This document shows, one piece after another, positions 11,359 to 21,456 of a DNA stretch of 64,000 nt. Within the stretch, counting starts at the first letter, position 1. Every line of letters begins with the position of its first letter. The notes beneath the pieces are model-generated. The model was not told where the DNA came from and did no database searches. It saw only the letters and a program-made list of their open reading frames with translations. Source of the DNA: Candidatus Babeliales bacterium (GTDB lineage: Bacteria; Babelota; Babeliae; Babelales; JBFXEV01); the NCBI GenBank assembly GCA_963716425.1, contig OY970310.1, positions 1,275,639-1,339,638 on the forward strand. The letters run 5' to 3'. The translations under genes were made by a program, and so were the position numbers.

Positions 11359-11790
11359 GTGCTTATGAAGGATGTATGGATACCGCTTGGTATAGTTTCA
11401 GCCTTTAGTTCAGCAATGGTCGTTATTTGTGATAAAATGGGAGCTCGTTATATTGATGGCACCGTAGTAGGTATCATTCAAACAGCAGCAACGCTTGCCG
11501 TATTGGTGGGTATGCTGTTCTACTCTAATAAACTATCTACTCTTACCTCAATCGATATGCAAGTAGTTCCCTATATTGTGGCAAGTTCCTTGTTTGCAGC
11601 GATTTACTATGCTTCATACTATCTTATTATGAGCTCTGCTCCTACTGCTTCCAGAGCAGCTTCTCTTGACCAACTTTCAATTATTTTTATTATTTACTTG
11701 GCTATGGTGTTTTTAGGTGAAGCAGTGACATGGAAATCTGTCATTGGTTCAGTGCTCTTACTCATGGGGATGGGGTTCATGGTGTTTTAA
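11359..11790 (+). CDS. EamA/DMT family small transporter
   Basis: About 5 TM helices; ASRAASLDQLS..FLGE..TWK. Confidence 0.8.
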   Translation: MLMKDVWIPLGIVSAFSSAMVVICDKMGARYIDGTVVGIIQTAATLAVLVGMLFYSNKLSTLTSIDMQVVPYIVASSLFAAIYYASYYLIMSSAPTASRAASLDQLSIIFIIYLAMVFLGEAVTWKSVIGSVLLLMGMGFMVF

Positions 11791-11813
11791 AAAAGAGGAC
11801 AAAGGAGCAAGTA

Positions 11814-12515
11814 ATGATTTTTAAAAGAATATGTTTTTTTATCAAAGTTTTTTGGCAAGTGTTAAAAGCTGCTATTCAAATGATGTGGGGTGCTTGGAAA
11901 TTATCTCGCTTGCCACGTCCGATTGTGACTGTTTTTGGGGGACATCAAGTAAAAGCTAATAGCCCATATGCGCGTCAAGCACATAATCTGGCTCATAAAC
12001 TTATTGAAGAAAATATTTCAGTCATTACCGGTGGTGGTCCTGGTATTATGGAAGCGGCAAGCTGTGGCGCCACGTATGAGATGCAAAAACATATACAAGC
12101 ACGCTCTATTGGTATTACTATCGAAGGACTTTCAGCAGAGGCGGCGCAAGCATGCGCACAAGACTATTTTGTCATGAGTAATTTATATGCACGCAAATGG
12201 TTGATGATAGAATATTCAGTTGCGTTTGCTGTGTTTCCTGGTGGGTTTGGTACACTCAACGAAATGGCCGAAGTGCTTACGCTTATTCAAATCAAGCAAT
12301 TACCGGGCGTACCGGTGGTACTTATTGATAAAGCATACTGGAAATTGTTTATGGAGTGGATACATTCGACAGCAAAACAAGAAGGCTTAATTAGCCAAGA
12401 AGAAGTGAATCTTATCCGCGTGACTGATGATTTGGATGAAGCAGTGATGATACTTAAAGAGCGGTGTGAGATATGCAATATTCCGGTTGAAAAATTAAAA
12501 GAAAAAAAAGGGTAG
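11814..12515 (+). CDS. LOG family protein (TIGR00730)
   Basis: TVFGG, ITGGGPGIMEAA, RK, FPGGFGTLNE; SD AAGGAG before ATG 11814. Confidence 0.9.
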   Translation: MIFKRICFFIKVFWQVLKAAIQMMWGAWKLSRLPRPIVTVFGGHQVKANSPYARQAHNLAHKLIEENISVITGGGPGIMEAASCGATYEMQKHIQARSIGITIEGLSAEAAQACAQDYFVMSNLYARKWLMIEYSVAFAVFPGGFGTLNEMAEVLTLIQIKQLPGVPVVLIDKAYWKLFMEWIHSTAKQEGLISQEEVNLIRVTDDLDEAVMILKERCEICNIPVEKLKEKKG

Positions 12516-12518
12516 GCA

Positions 12519-13160
12519 GTGGGCCGCAAGTTAAGAGATGGGGTTGAGTATTTGTGTGAGTGGCCACAATTTGTGTATGGCTTATGGCGATTATCACGAC
12601 TTAAGGAACCTATCATTGCTGTATTTGGAGGCCATCAAGCAGTGAGAGACTCGCCGGTGTATAATAAAGCATTCGATCTTGGCAAACAATTAGTTGAGGC
12701 CGATTATTCCGTTATTACTGGTGGTGGTCTGGGCATCATGGAAGCAGCATTATGTGGGGCATTGAGCGTTGGCAAAAAGCGTGCGGCTCTTGGGGTGAAC
12801 ATAACGGGTATTGATAAACCATTTACGCCACGATGCGAGCGAGAAATGGTTTTTGTGAATAATTTCTCAACTCGTAAATGGCTGATGATAAACTACTCAG
12901 TAGCATATGTGGTGTGTCCGGGAGGGATAGGCACCTTTGATGAATTAGGCGATATTATGAATCTTATTATAATGAAGCAAATCGAAAGAAGGCCAGTGAT
13001 ATTGGTTGGCAGCACTTATTGGGCAAGTTTTATTGAGTGGTCAAACGTGGCTGTTGCCAATAAATTTATTGATCAAGAATTTACTGATCTTTTTATCATT
13101 ACTGATGATATTGATGAGGTAGTACAGATAATTAAGAAACAAGCTCCACTGAGAAAGTGA
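12519..13160 (+). CDS. LOG family protein, tandem paralog
   Basis: ITGGGLGIMEAA, RKW, PGGIGTFDE. Confidence 0.9.
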   Translation: MGRKLRDGVEYLCEWPQFVYGLWRLSRLKEPIIAVFGGHQAVRDSPVYNKAFDLGKQLVEADYSVITGGGLGIMEAALCGALSVGKKRAALGVNITGIDKPFTPRCEREMVFVNNFSTRKWLMINYSVAYVVCPGGIGTFDELGDIMNLIIMKQIERRPVILVGSTYWASFIEWSNVAVANKFIDQEFTDLFIITDDIDEVVQIIKKQAPLRK

Positions 13161-13799
13161 TGGAGGGTACAGAACATATGTTATCTGCCCCTTATGTTTT
13201 AGAAGCTAACAAGTCAGTTTAACGATACCTTATTTAATTTCTTTGATTACATTAACATTAACAAGTGACCTGAATGTTTAAACGGTTTGAGTACCGCATT
13301 TGGTATTACTTGAGAAAATTGTGTGATTAATAAGATTATCAGTGTGGTTATACTCAATACTTTTGTAGATGAGTTAACCATACTTTTTCTCCCGCTTCAT
13401 ATATACCAAAACCAAAGAAGACGCGACAGTATTGTTTGGCTAATTGCTGTTGAATTTTTTGGTTCGGTGATGTTTACAGGAATAATATTAAGTTGGATTA
13501 TATTAGTACCACGTTTGAAAAAAGATTTGTCCTGAAAGAAATACATGAATGTAAGACTTTGCCAAACAGCATATTTGACAATCCATACTAAATTTGGTAC
13601 GAATAAAATATGCTTTTTATTAGGCTGACAGAGATAATGATTAATCTTTATAGCGCATGAAAGATGGGAATAACTCAAAAAGATAACTCGCGCAATTATC
13701 TAAACTTTACAAATATACAAAGCTAATTAATCGTAAAAAGCAAACAATTCTGCATCTAATATACTGAACAATCAAAATCTCATTACAAAAGGAAATGGT

Positions 13800-15443
13800 A
13801 TGAACAGTTTATATCAAAAGTCTTTCGCCTTATTAGTTATTATTTCACTCATTGGTCAGCCTTTGGTGGCCAAATCGCAGCAAGAACAGGATCAAATAGA
13901 GCCCAATGAAGTTTTTGAAAATAATAAGTATGATAAGAACGAATATTTGTCACATAAGATTTTAAAAATAGTTATGGAAGATTTAGAAGTAGATCGAGAT
14001 ATACGTGCCTTAGTCAAGGAGGATTTAGAGGTAGATCGAGATATACGTGCTTTAGTCAAGCAGGATTTACTGGTAGATCGAGATACACGTGCCTTGGTCA
14101 AGCAGGATTTAATGGTAGACCGAGAAACACGAGCCTTAGTCAGAGAAAACTTGACAATTAGTAGAGAAATTCTTGGTACAGTCACGCAAGACTTGGCACT
14201 AGACAGAGAGATTCTTGCCACCGTTTCACAGATTTTATCATTAATTCAACAAGGTAATGCCTGCGGACCAATAGCACTTACTCAACTTGATGTGACTGGT
14301 ACGGTTACGTTGGATCAAGCTGGCGCAATATACTGTTTATCTGAAAATATCACGGGAGACATTGTTATTACCGCTTCACAGGTAACGGTATTAATGAATG
14401 GGCGTCAACTTACTGGGCTCCTATTTATTGGAGCTGATGACATAAACGTACAAGATGGTTTTATCTTGGCTCCAGCGCCCACTAATAATGCCGATGCAGC
14501 AAGAGCTGCGGTGACGATCGGCCTTCAGAATAATGTGCGTTTGCTCAATCTGATTATCCTGGCTGAGGATTCAACGGATGTAATTAATCTTAATGGTGTT
14601 AATGGCCGTCCTGGTATAATCAACGACGGCAATCATACAGTTATTCAAGGCAGTTCGATAACTTCGGGCAGTGGTGCCAATGGTGTCAATTCTGGCAATG
14701 CTTTTATTAATAGTGGCGCGGGCGGTAATGGTGGAGACGGTATTGATACTAACGGAGATTTTGCTCAAATTTCTAATAATACAATTTCGACTGGCGCTGG
14801 TGGCAATGGTGGTAACAATAGTTTAAAGAGAGTTAATACTGGACAAGGTGTGTTATCAGTTGGCGGAGCGGGTGGCAATGGTGGTATTGGTATTTTGGAC
14901 ACTGGCAGAACTGCTCAAATAAATCACAATAGTATAACAACTGGCAATGGTGGCAATGGTGGCAATGCTACTCTAGTTCAGGGTGGTAACAGCGGTAATG
15001 GCGGAAATGGTATTCAAGTTACTTCAACAAATGCAATTGGCACTGAAATCCTTGAAAATTCAATCTTATCTACTGGCCAGGGCGGCAATGGTGGCAATAG
15101 TAATAACGCTCCTAATGGTAACGGTGGTAATGGCGGCGATGGTATCTTTATCGATAGTACCGCTACATTTACTGAAGTTCTTTTAAATAATATTGGCAAC
15201 ACCGGTCAACGAGGGCTTCCCGGAATGGGCGGCACTAATGGAACTGCCGGCTGTAATGGTCGTGCAGTTACTGATTTAAATAGTGCAACATTATCCCTTA
15301 CTGGCGCATCCGTTATTTTCCAAAATTTTGCGTTTGCAATTGCTGATGTAACAATTCGTTACAAACTACACAATATAAACGTGGAGGGAGGTGTTGCGAT
15401 TACCGCGGCACCATCGCTATATGCAAATGTTTATGTTGTATAA
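13800..15443 (+). CDS. Secreted protein with coiled-coil repeats and Gly-rich beta-helix-like domain
   Basis: Signal peptide; 14-aa repeats; repeated GxGGNGG units. Confidence 0.75.
   Translation: MNSLYQKSFALLVIISLIGQPLVAKSQQEQDQIEPNEVFENNKYDKNEYLSHKILKIVMEDLEVDRDIRALVKEDLEVDRDIRALVKQDLLVDRDTRALVKQDLMVDRETRALVRENLTISREILGTVTQDLALDREILATVSQILSLIQQGNACGPIALTQLDVTGTVTLDQAGAIYCLSENITGDIVITASQVTVLMNGRQLTGLLFIGADDINVQDGFILAPAPTNNADAARAAVTIGLQNNVRLLNLIILAEDSTDVINLNGVNGRPGIINDGNHTVIQGSSITSGSGANGVNSGNAFINSGAGGNGGDGIDTNGDFAQISNNTISTGAGGNGGNNSLKRVNTGQGVLSVGGAGGNGGIGILDTGRTAQINHNSITTGNGGNGGNATLVQGGNSGNGGNGIQVTSTNAIGTEILENSILSTGQGGNGGNSNNAPNGNGGNGGDGIFIDSTATFTEVLLNNIGNTGQRGLPGMGGTNGTAGCNGRAVTDLNSATLSLTGASVIFQNFAFAIADVTIRYKLHNINVEGGVAITAAPSLYANVYVV
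13977..14228 (+). repeat. Six degenerating 42-bp tandem coding repeats
   Basis: gaagatttagaagtagatcgagatatacgtgccttagtcaag and variants (EDLEVDRDIRALVK). Confidence 0.85.
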
Positions 15444-15463
15444 AAAACAGTAATCTCAATATG

Positions 15464-15494
15464 ACGGGCCGCATAAAAAAGCGGCCCGTTTTTA
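15464..15494 (+). terminator. Intrinsic terminator
   Basis: acgggccgc-ataaaaaa-gcggcccgt then T run. Confidence 0.8.
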
Positions 15495-15694
15495 TGTCTT
15501 GAAAAAATAAATACATGATCGTAGCTAATGCAATCATTCATTAGATCATGATTAATTTCATAAGAAAAATAAAAGTAGTGCCGATAATTAAGAAACAAGT
15601 TCTACATAAAGTTGGGTTGTGTTTATGCTAATATTCTTCATACCTAGTTAATGTATACCACATTGAGAAAATGGTGTTAATACATGTATCTCAT

Positions 15695-18226
15695 CTAATT
15701 AAATCCATTGTTGAGCTTGTAATAAAAATATTTGAGAATTTCAACGGCTATAAAATAGCCTATCACTAAAGAAAAGATGATCATCAGCTGAGAGAGGGAT
15801 AATTGGGTAAATGAAAGCCAACGTTGCCCTATGCTTGTCAAGGGGATGATAGTTGCTGCAGAGCCCAATGCAATGGCAAGCCCAGATAGGATAAGCGATG
15901 GTCTGGTTGCTTTGTAAAAAACTTTTTTGCTTCGTGCAGAAAAGGTAAAGACCAATGCAGTGAGCATGCTCTCTATGAACCACCCGGTTTGTAAAACTCC
16001 ATGGGCAAATCTTTTGAAAATACCAAAGTATATAAAATCACATACTGTGCTCATAGTACCAAAAACAATGCTAAAGAGTAGAATAGATTGTGTAGAATAT
16101 TTTTGGGGTTTTTTAATTTCATCAAGAGAAACTGCATCTGTTGATATTGCAAGCATTGGCATATCCACAAATGCAGAAAGAAGTATTAAATGCAAAGGAA
16201 GCATAGGGGGATAGTCAATAATAAGTGATACCAATGAGAGGGTATAAAAATTACCAAGACTATTTGCGAGTGTAATTTTAATGTATTTCATGATATTGGC
16301 AATAATCTTTCTGCCTTCAGTCACACCTTGCACAATCACGAGCAAGCTTTTTTTGAGCAATATAATATCGGCAGTCTCTCGTGCTACATCAATAGCTTCT
16401 TGCACAACCATGGATACATCGGCTTTATGGAGTGCTGGTGTATCATTAATGCCATCCCCTAGATAACCTACCAGCCATGTTTGTTGCAGAATTGAAATAA
16501 TTTCATATTTTTGTTCAGGTAGCACACGTGCAAAAACAATACATTTTTTTACCGCTTCAGTTTTTTGCATTTCAGACATTTGTTCAAAGTCAGAACCTAA
16601 GATGACTTGATCACTTTTTTCTATAAGTCCAATTTCTTTTGCTACAGCTCCACATACTTCTTTACTATCGCCACTGAGTATTTTAATAATGAGTCCCAGC
16701 TTTTGGGCTTGTACCACTGCTTGTTTTGCAGTAGGTTTGATAGGGTCATCAAAAGCGATCGCTCCAACAACGGTGATTCCTTGCTCATCTTCTTGTACTG
16801 TTAAGTTTTTTGCTTCTTGTTCAGTTATTTTCTTATAACCTATTGCAAGAACCCGATTACCAAGATTCCCTCGTTCGAGTGCCCAGGTGGATAGTTCATC
16901 ATTCTTATCTGAAGTATGTTTCATTACTTCTTCAAACATGCCGCGGATAATCATAAAATAGCTGCCATCTTTCGTGAGCACCACTACATTTCTTCTGCGA
17001 TTTGGATCAAAAGGAATCTCAGCTACTTTAGTATAGTCAGTGATAGTCTTTTGTTGATCGGGAGTTAAATGTGTCCAAATTGCATTGTCAAAGCCTTTGC
17101 TTGCACGCAGAACATCTTTAAGTGCAGTTTCTCGTGCAAGGAGCGCATAAAACAAGATTAATTGCTTATCTTTGCCCCAGATTTCTGCCACTGCTAAACT
17201 ATTCTCGGTGAGTGTTCCAGTTTTATCAGTACAAATTACTTCCACACTGCCTAAATCTTCAAGCGCTGATAGTCGTTTGACAATGACCTTTCTTTTGGCA
17301 AGGAGCAATGCACCACGTGATAAACTAAAGGTTACAACTACTGGCAATGCTTCAGGAATCACGCCAATGGCGAGTGCTAGAGCAAATAAGAAAAGCTCAG
17401 AGACAGGTTGCCCGGTACCTCTCAAGACGTTGATAAGAAATGTGCCTGTGATGGTAAGCAAAATAAGATAGAGAATAAAGTTGCCAAGGCGTGCAACTTG
17501 TTTGGCAAAGTTGCTTTCTTGAAAAGAGGTAGTTGTCAAGTGCACTATAGATCCAAATGCGGTTGCATCACCAGTAAAGATTACTGTCGCTTGTGCACTT
17601 CCCGAAATAACAGTAGTACCCTTAAACCCAATATTCTTAGCAGAAAACATATCAACTTTTGTGTGCTGATCAAGTACATCAATGATTTTTGATACAGGTT
17701 TTGATTCTCCGGTGAGTGCAGCTTCATCAACTAAAAAATTATCTAGTCTTATAAAACGAACATCAGCAGGCAAAATATTGCCTGGTCTTAATATAATGAT
17801 ATCTCCCGGCAAAAGTTGTGCGCTATCAATTGTTTGTTCTTGACCATCTCGAATGATGGTAACAAGGGAAATTAGATAGCGTTTTAAAAGTTCAACGTTT
17901 TTATTCGCTTTATATTCTTGATAAAATCCCACAGTGGTATTAATGAAAACACATATGAGAATAAAAATTGCGTTTTCATATTGTTGTAAAAATAATGAAG
18001 GCAATGCAAAAAGTATAAAAATATATACAAAGGGTGATCTGAGCTGACGCAACAGAATGTCCCGCCATGTATATTTTTTCATAGATATACGATTAGGTCC
18101 ATACGTTTTTTTTAACTGGGCAACTTGCTCCGTGGTAAGGCCTGTGGTTGCATTACTATTTAGTTTTTTAAGAACAGCATCTACCGTAACTTGAGCATAT
18201 TCTTGAAATGTGCTTTGTAGCATCAT
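15695..18226 (-). CDS. mgtA: P-type ATPase, Mg2+-importing MgtA-like
   Basis: TGES, PEALP, DKTGTLT, GDGINDTPAL; probable start ATG at 18226 overlapping the upstream TGA. Confidence 0.8.
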   Translation of the reverse strand: MMLQSTFQEYAQVTVDAVLKKLNSNATTGLTTEQVAQLKKTYGPNRISMKKYTWRDILLRQLRSPFVYIFILFALPSLFLQQYENAIFILICVFINTTVGFYQEYKANKNVELLKRYLISLVTIIRDGQEQTIDSAQLLPGDIIILRPGNILPADVRFIRLDNFLVDEAALTGESKPVSKIIDVLDQHTKVDMFSAKNIGFKGTTVISGSAQATVIFTGDATAFGSIVHLTTTSFQESNFAKQVARLGNFILYLILLTITGTFLINVLRGTGQPVSELFLFALALAIGVIPEALPVVVTFSLSRGALLLAKRKVIVKRLSALEDLGSVEVICTDKTGTLTENSLAVAEIWGKDKQLILFYALLARETALKDVLRASKGFDNAIWTHLTPDQQKTITDYTKVAEIPFDPNRRRNVVVLTKDGSYFMIIRGMFEEVMKHTSDKNDELSTWALERGNLGNRVLAIGYKKITEQEAKNLTVQEDEQGITVVGAIAFDDPIKPTAKQAVVQAQKLGLIIKILSGDSKEVCGAVAKEIGLIEKSDQVILGSDFEQMSEMQKTEAVKKCIVFARVLPEQKYEIISILQQTWLVGYLGDGINDTPALHKADVSMVVQEAIDVARETADIILLKKSLLVIVQGVTEGRKIIANIMKYIKITLANSLGNFYTLSLVSLIIDYPPMLPLHLILLSAFVDMPMLAISTDAVSLDEIKKPQKYSTQSILLFSIVFGTMSTVCDFIYFGIFKRFAHGVLQTGWFIESMLTALVFTFSARSKKVFYKATRPSLILSGLAIALGSAATIIPLTSIGQRWLSFTQLSLSQLMIIFSLVIGYFIAVEILKYFYYKLNNGFN

Positions 18227-19590
18227 GGATTCCTTGAGAGTTTCTTGGAGTAATGTCTGTGACTTGGTACCAGAAATGGTAGTGCTGCCAAACTGAACGT
18301 CAGTAAGATACGTGGAACTGATGGTGGTAGAAGAAATATACTTGCAACATACGAAGTGCCTCCAATAATGCATGATGCCCATGCGCGATGTGTAGCATCA
18401 GGCCAATCAGTAAAATAGATACAGGCCATTATAGGAATAAAAAGTACACTTAATGCCAGTTCATAACTGTGGAGCGTAAGTAAAAGCGCTTGCGTTTCCC
18501 AATAATATGCTGCAATAAGGCTTACAATTCCTGTGGTAGCAATAATGATACGTGTTGAGGTAAGCGTGTGCGTATATTCTGGTGTGATATCATTGATAAT
18601 ATAGGCACTTATGGCTACCAATATTGAATCTATTGTGGATATTATGGCAGCACAAAGAGCGCACAAGCCAAGTCCAACCATCCATTGGGGTAGTAGGTTG
18701 TCCATTAATGCAATAATAACATGGGTAGATTCATCAAGTCCGGGCAGAGCTTTTTTTGCGATCAAACCACATAAGAATGGGAGGAAGGCAAATCCTATCA
18801 GTAGTATCCCTGAAATTGAGGTGGCAGCTTTGGCAATAGCAATTGTTTTTGCTTTGATGATAAATTGTATTACATCCTGTGATATTAATATATAGAGGGC
18901 GGGCAAAATAAATACTGAGACAATTTCAGCAACGTTGACCTCAGGTGGAATGAATGGATTTTCCGTTACCGATTTAATAATTTCAGAAAATGAATAAGGT
19001 TCTACAATAAGAAGGGTGACAAGAAATAAAGCAAAAAAACCATAGATAATGAATGCTTGTGCAAAATCGGTAGTAATAACGGTAGCAAGGCCGCCAAGCA
19101 TAGTATACAGTATCACACAGAGTAAGGTGCCCATAAACAGACAATAATGTGAAAATGACAGATAGGGGCATATTGCATACTTGAGTGCAATAACTTGTGC
19201 AATCAAGATGCCCATCAGGCTGATAACAGAAATGCAAGCAGCTAGTTTTTGCAAATGAATACTCTTATAGCGCACAAGGAATAACTCGGCAGTGGTTTGT
19301 ATAGAATGACTGCGCCAGCTTTGTGCAATTGAGGTGGTGAGTAATACTAGACCGAGAGTGATTCCAAGGGGATAAAAAAGACCATAAATGCCATGTTCAA
19401 AGCCCTTGCTAGAGGTGTCTAAAATCATATTGCCACCCAGTTGTGTAACAACGAGACTGGCCGTAGTCTCGCCAAGCAATAAAGAACGTGATGTAATAAA
19501 AAATTCATTAACCGTTGTTATACGCTGTGCATGCCATATGCCTACTGCGATATGGAAGGCGATGAATATTAGGAATATTATGAGCAACAT
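18223..19590 (-). CDS. Sodium:solute symporter family protein
   Basis: Multi-TM; YTMLGGL.TVITTDFAQ, AAIISTIDS. Confidence 0.85.
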   Translation of the reverse strand: MLLIIFLIFIAFHIAVGIWHAQRITTVNEFFITSRSLLLGETTASLVVTQLGGNMILDTSSKGFEHGIYGLFYPLGITLGLVLLTTSIAQSWRSHSIQTTAELFLVRYKSIHLQKLAACISVISLMGILIAQVIALKYAICPYLSFSHYCLFMGTLLCVILYTMLGGLATVITTDFAQAFIIYGFFALFLVTLLIVEPYSFSEIIKSVTENPFIPPEVNVAEIVSVFILPALYILISQDVIQFIIKAKTIAIAKAATSISGILLIGFAFLPFLCGLIAKKALPGLDESTHVIIALMDNLLPQWMVGLGLCALCAAIISTIDSILVAISAYIINDITPEYTHTLTSTRIIIATTGIVSLIAAYYWETQALLLTLHSYELALSVLFIPIMACIYFTDWPDATHRAWASCIIGGTSYVASIFLLPPSVPRILLTFSLAALPFLVPSHRHYSKKLSRNP

Positions 19591-19733
19591 TTTAGTCTCC
19601 TTTTTCTATCTCTTTACCCAGTATAACAACATCTTGAATGCAATGTGGATATATGAGTGTATTAATCTTGACTTTATTCAGAGCTGGAGTACTTTTATGC
19701 TTAATTATTAGTTTCATAAAATTGGGTATCTCA

Positions 19734-20267
19734 ATGAAAAAAAATATCTTGTGTTCATTATTAAGCTCTTTCATTCTTCTTTCTACTTTAGAAGCATCAG
19801 CTTCAGTAGAAAAAAAATTTACATTACCAGATAATAGCCTTCCTTCGTTTGACGTTGTTAAGAATATTCGTATTGGTATTATACGAGCAAATTGGAACGC
19901 CGATATAGTAGACTCACTGTTTTTGGATTGCTTAGCAGAATTACTTGCCCATGGCGTACAGGCAGCTAACATTACTGAATTGACAGTTCCTGGCTCACTT
20001 GAATTAAGTTTTGGAGCAGAGAAATTATTTATTGCAGAGGCATGTGATATTTGTATTTGTTTGGGTGCGATTATTGAAGGTTCCAACCACCTCTGGGTTG
20101 AGTCACTTGCGCACGCCGCGGTGAAAAATATTTCAGAAGTTGCAATCTTATTTGCAAAACCTGTCATTTGTGGGGTGTTAATTTGTACTCAACATGAAGC
20201 AGATAAATTGGTACAAAACCATATTGGTGCTGCGTGGGCACGGTCTGCTCTAATGATGGTCCCCTAA
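19734..20267 (+). CDS. ribH: Lumazine synthase (RibH)-like protein with N-terminal signal peptide, degenerate active site
   Basis: IGIIRANWN, VPGSLEL, ICLGAII.G, PVICGVL; start MKKNILCSLL at 19734. Confidence 0.7.
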   Translation: MKKNILCSLLSSFILLSTLEASASVEKKFTLPDNSLPSFDVVKNIRIGIIRANWNADIVDSLFLDCLAELLAHGVQAANITELTVPGSLELSFGAEKLFIAEACDICICLGAIIEGSNHLWVESLAHAAVKNISEVAILFAKPVICGVLICTQHEADKLVQNHIGAAWARSALMMVP

Positions 20268-20349
20268 TTTTAGTTTAAATTTTCCCTTTTTGAAGAACTT
20301 AAGGTATTCTATATCATATGATTATATGCCGTAGAGAAGGGTATTCTAC

Positions 20350-21003
20350 ATGAATCGAAGACTTACATCTATTATTACTATTATTGCTACATTTTCCCTG
20401 CTTGAACTGCTGAGCCTTTTTAAGATTAATATACTTTGGGGTGCAAAGACTGCAGTATTTTCTGGTTTTTCAGTGGGCGGGCCATTAGTGGGCCTCTATA
20501 GGGGTATGGGTTTTGGAGCAGGGCTTTTTGCGCTCAGAAGGCTTATTTATTGCCTTTTTATGGGAACAAGCTTATTTTCCCCATTTTCATTATATCTGCC
20601 AACGCTGGCTGCAGGGTATTACTTTAAGTCATCTTCATGGGCGATTCGCCTTTTTGTGCCTATTTTGTGTATAATTCTTTTTACTGTCCATCCAGTGGGG
20701 GCAGAAAGTTGGTTTTATGCACTTTATTGGTTAGTCCCTGTTGCGTTGTACTTCGTAGGAACACGATCGGCGTTTGCCGAAAGCTTAGGAGCAACTTTTG
20801 TGCAACATGCAGTAGGTTCAGTTCTTTGGATTTACTTGGTGCCTACAACGCCTGCAGTATGGGCAGCACTCATGCCAATTGTTGCGGTTGAACGCTTATT
20901 ATGTGCCGTTGGCATGGTCGTTGTGATGCATGTGGTGGCATATGTGGGCACTTTCCGTTTGCAATACAATTTTGTTTTTAAATATATTCAAGCAAAGATC
21001 TAA
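20350..21003 (+). CDS. Integral membrane protein, ECF S-component-like
   Basis: About 6 TM in 217 aa; HPVG..WFY..YW, LGATFVQHAVGS, ER motifs. Confidence 0.5.
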   Translation: MNRRLTSIITIIATFSLLELLSLFKINILWGAKTAVFSGFSVGGPLVGLYRGMGFGAGLFALRRLIYCLFMGTSLFSPFSLYLPTLAAGYYFKSSSWAIRLFVPILCIILFTVHPVGAESWFYALYWLVPVALYFVGTRSAFAESLGATFVQHAVGSVLWIYLVPTTPAVWAALMPIVAVERLLCAVGMVVVMHVVAYVGTFRLQYNFVFKYIQAKI

Positions 21004-21006
21004 GAT

Positions 21007-21456
21007 ATGGCCAGCAATAAAAGCGATCGTAGCGCCATCCTCAAGAAAAAACATCAGATTGCTATTAAGCAGCTTGATGCTTTGCATGCGGCAATAAATC
21101 GATTTGCTCAAGCATATCAAACATCGCCTACCTATCCTCACGTGCGGCTTGTAACGGTTCGTGCATTTGAATTGGCATTTCATGCACTCTGTGATTATGC
21201 TGCCGAACGGCTAGGCATGGTATATGAATTTGAACAGCCTGAATATGGAGCCACTCAGATTTTTGAAACAGCTTATAAAAAAGGATCAATTTCCCAAGAA
21301 GAGTATGTAGGATGCATGGAACTTATTGCAGTCTTTGGCTTGATGGGTGAGGCTTTTGATGGAGACGTGGCTGAAGAAATGTGCCATGATATTGAAGAGT
21401 TATTCCCGGTGATGTGCACCATTGCTCAATACACTCCTGAAGACCTTAATTCATGA
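21007..21456 (+). CDS. HEPN-like nucleotidyltransferase substrate-binding (HI0074-like) protein, degenerate
   Basis: AFELAFHALCDY and IFETAYKKGSI resemble the family; no Rx4-6H motif. Confidence 0.5.
   Translation: MASNKSDRSAILKKKHQIAIKQLDALHAAINRFAQAYQTSPTYPHVRLVTVRAFELAFHALCDYAAERLGMVYEFEQPEYGATQIFETAYKKGSISQEEYVGCMELIAVFGLMGEAFDGDVAEEMCHDIEELFPVMCTIAQYTPEDLNS

Noticed and set aside
13323-13678. Two small opposing ORFs
   Set aside because: No recognisable motif or SD; possibly a decayed membrane-protein remnant
13977-14228. Regular repeats as a possible CRISPR array
   Set aside because: Contiguous in-frame 42-bp coding repeats with no spacers and no cas genes
18227-18382. N-terminal extension of the P-type ATPase ORF
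   Set aside because: Overlaps the SSS gene; ATGA coupling at 18226 is the likelier start
19592-20167. 191-aa minus-strand ORF
   Set aside because: Antisense to the ribH-like gene with no motifs
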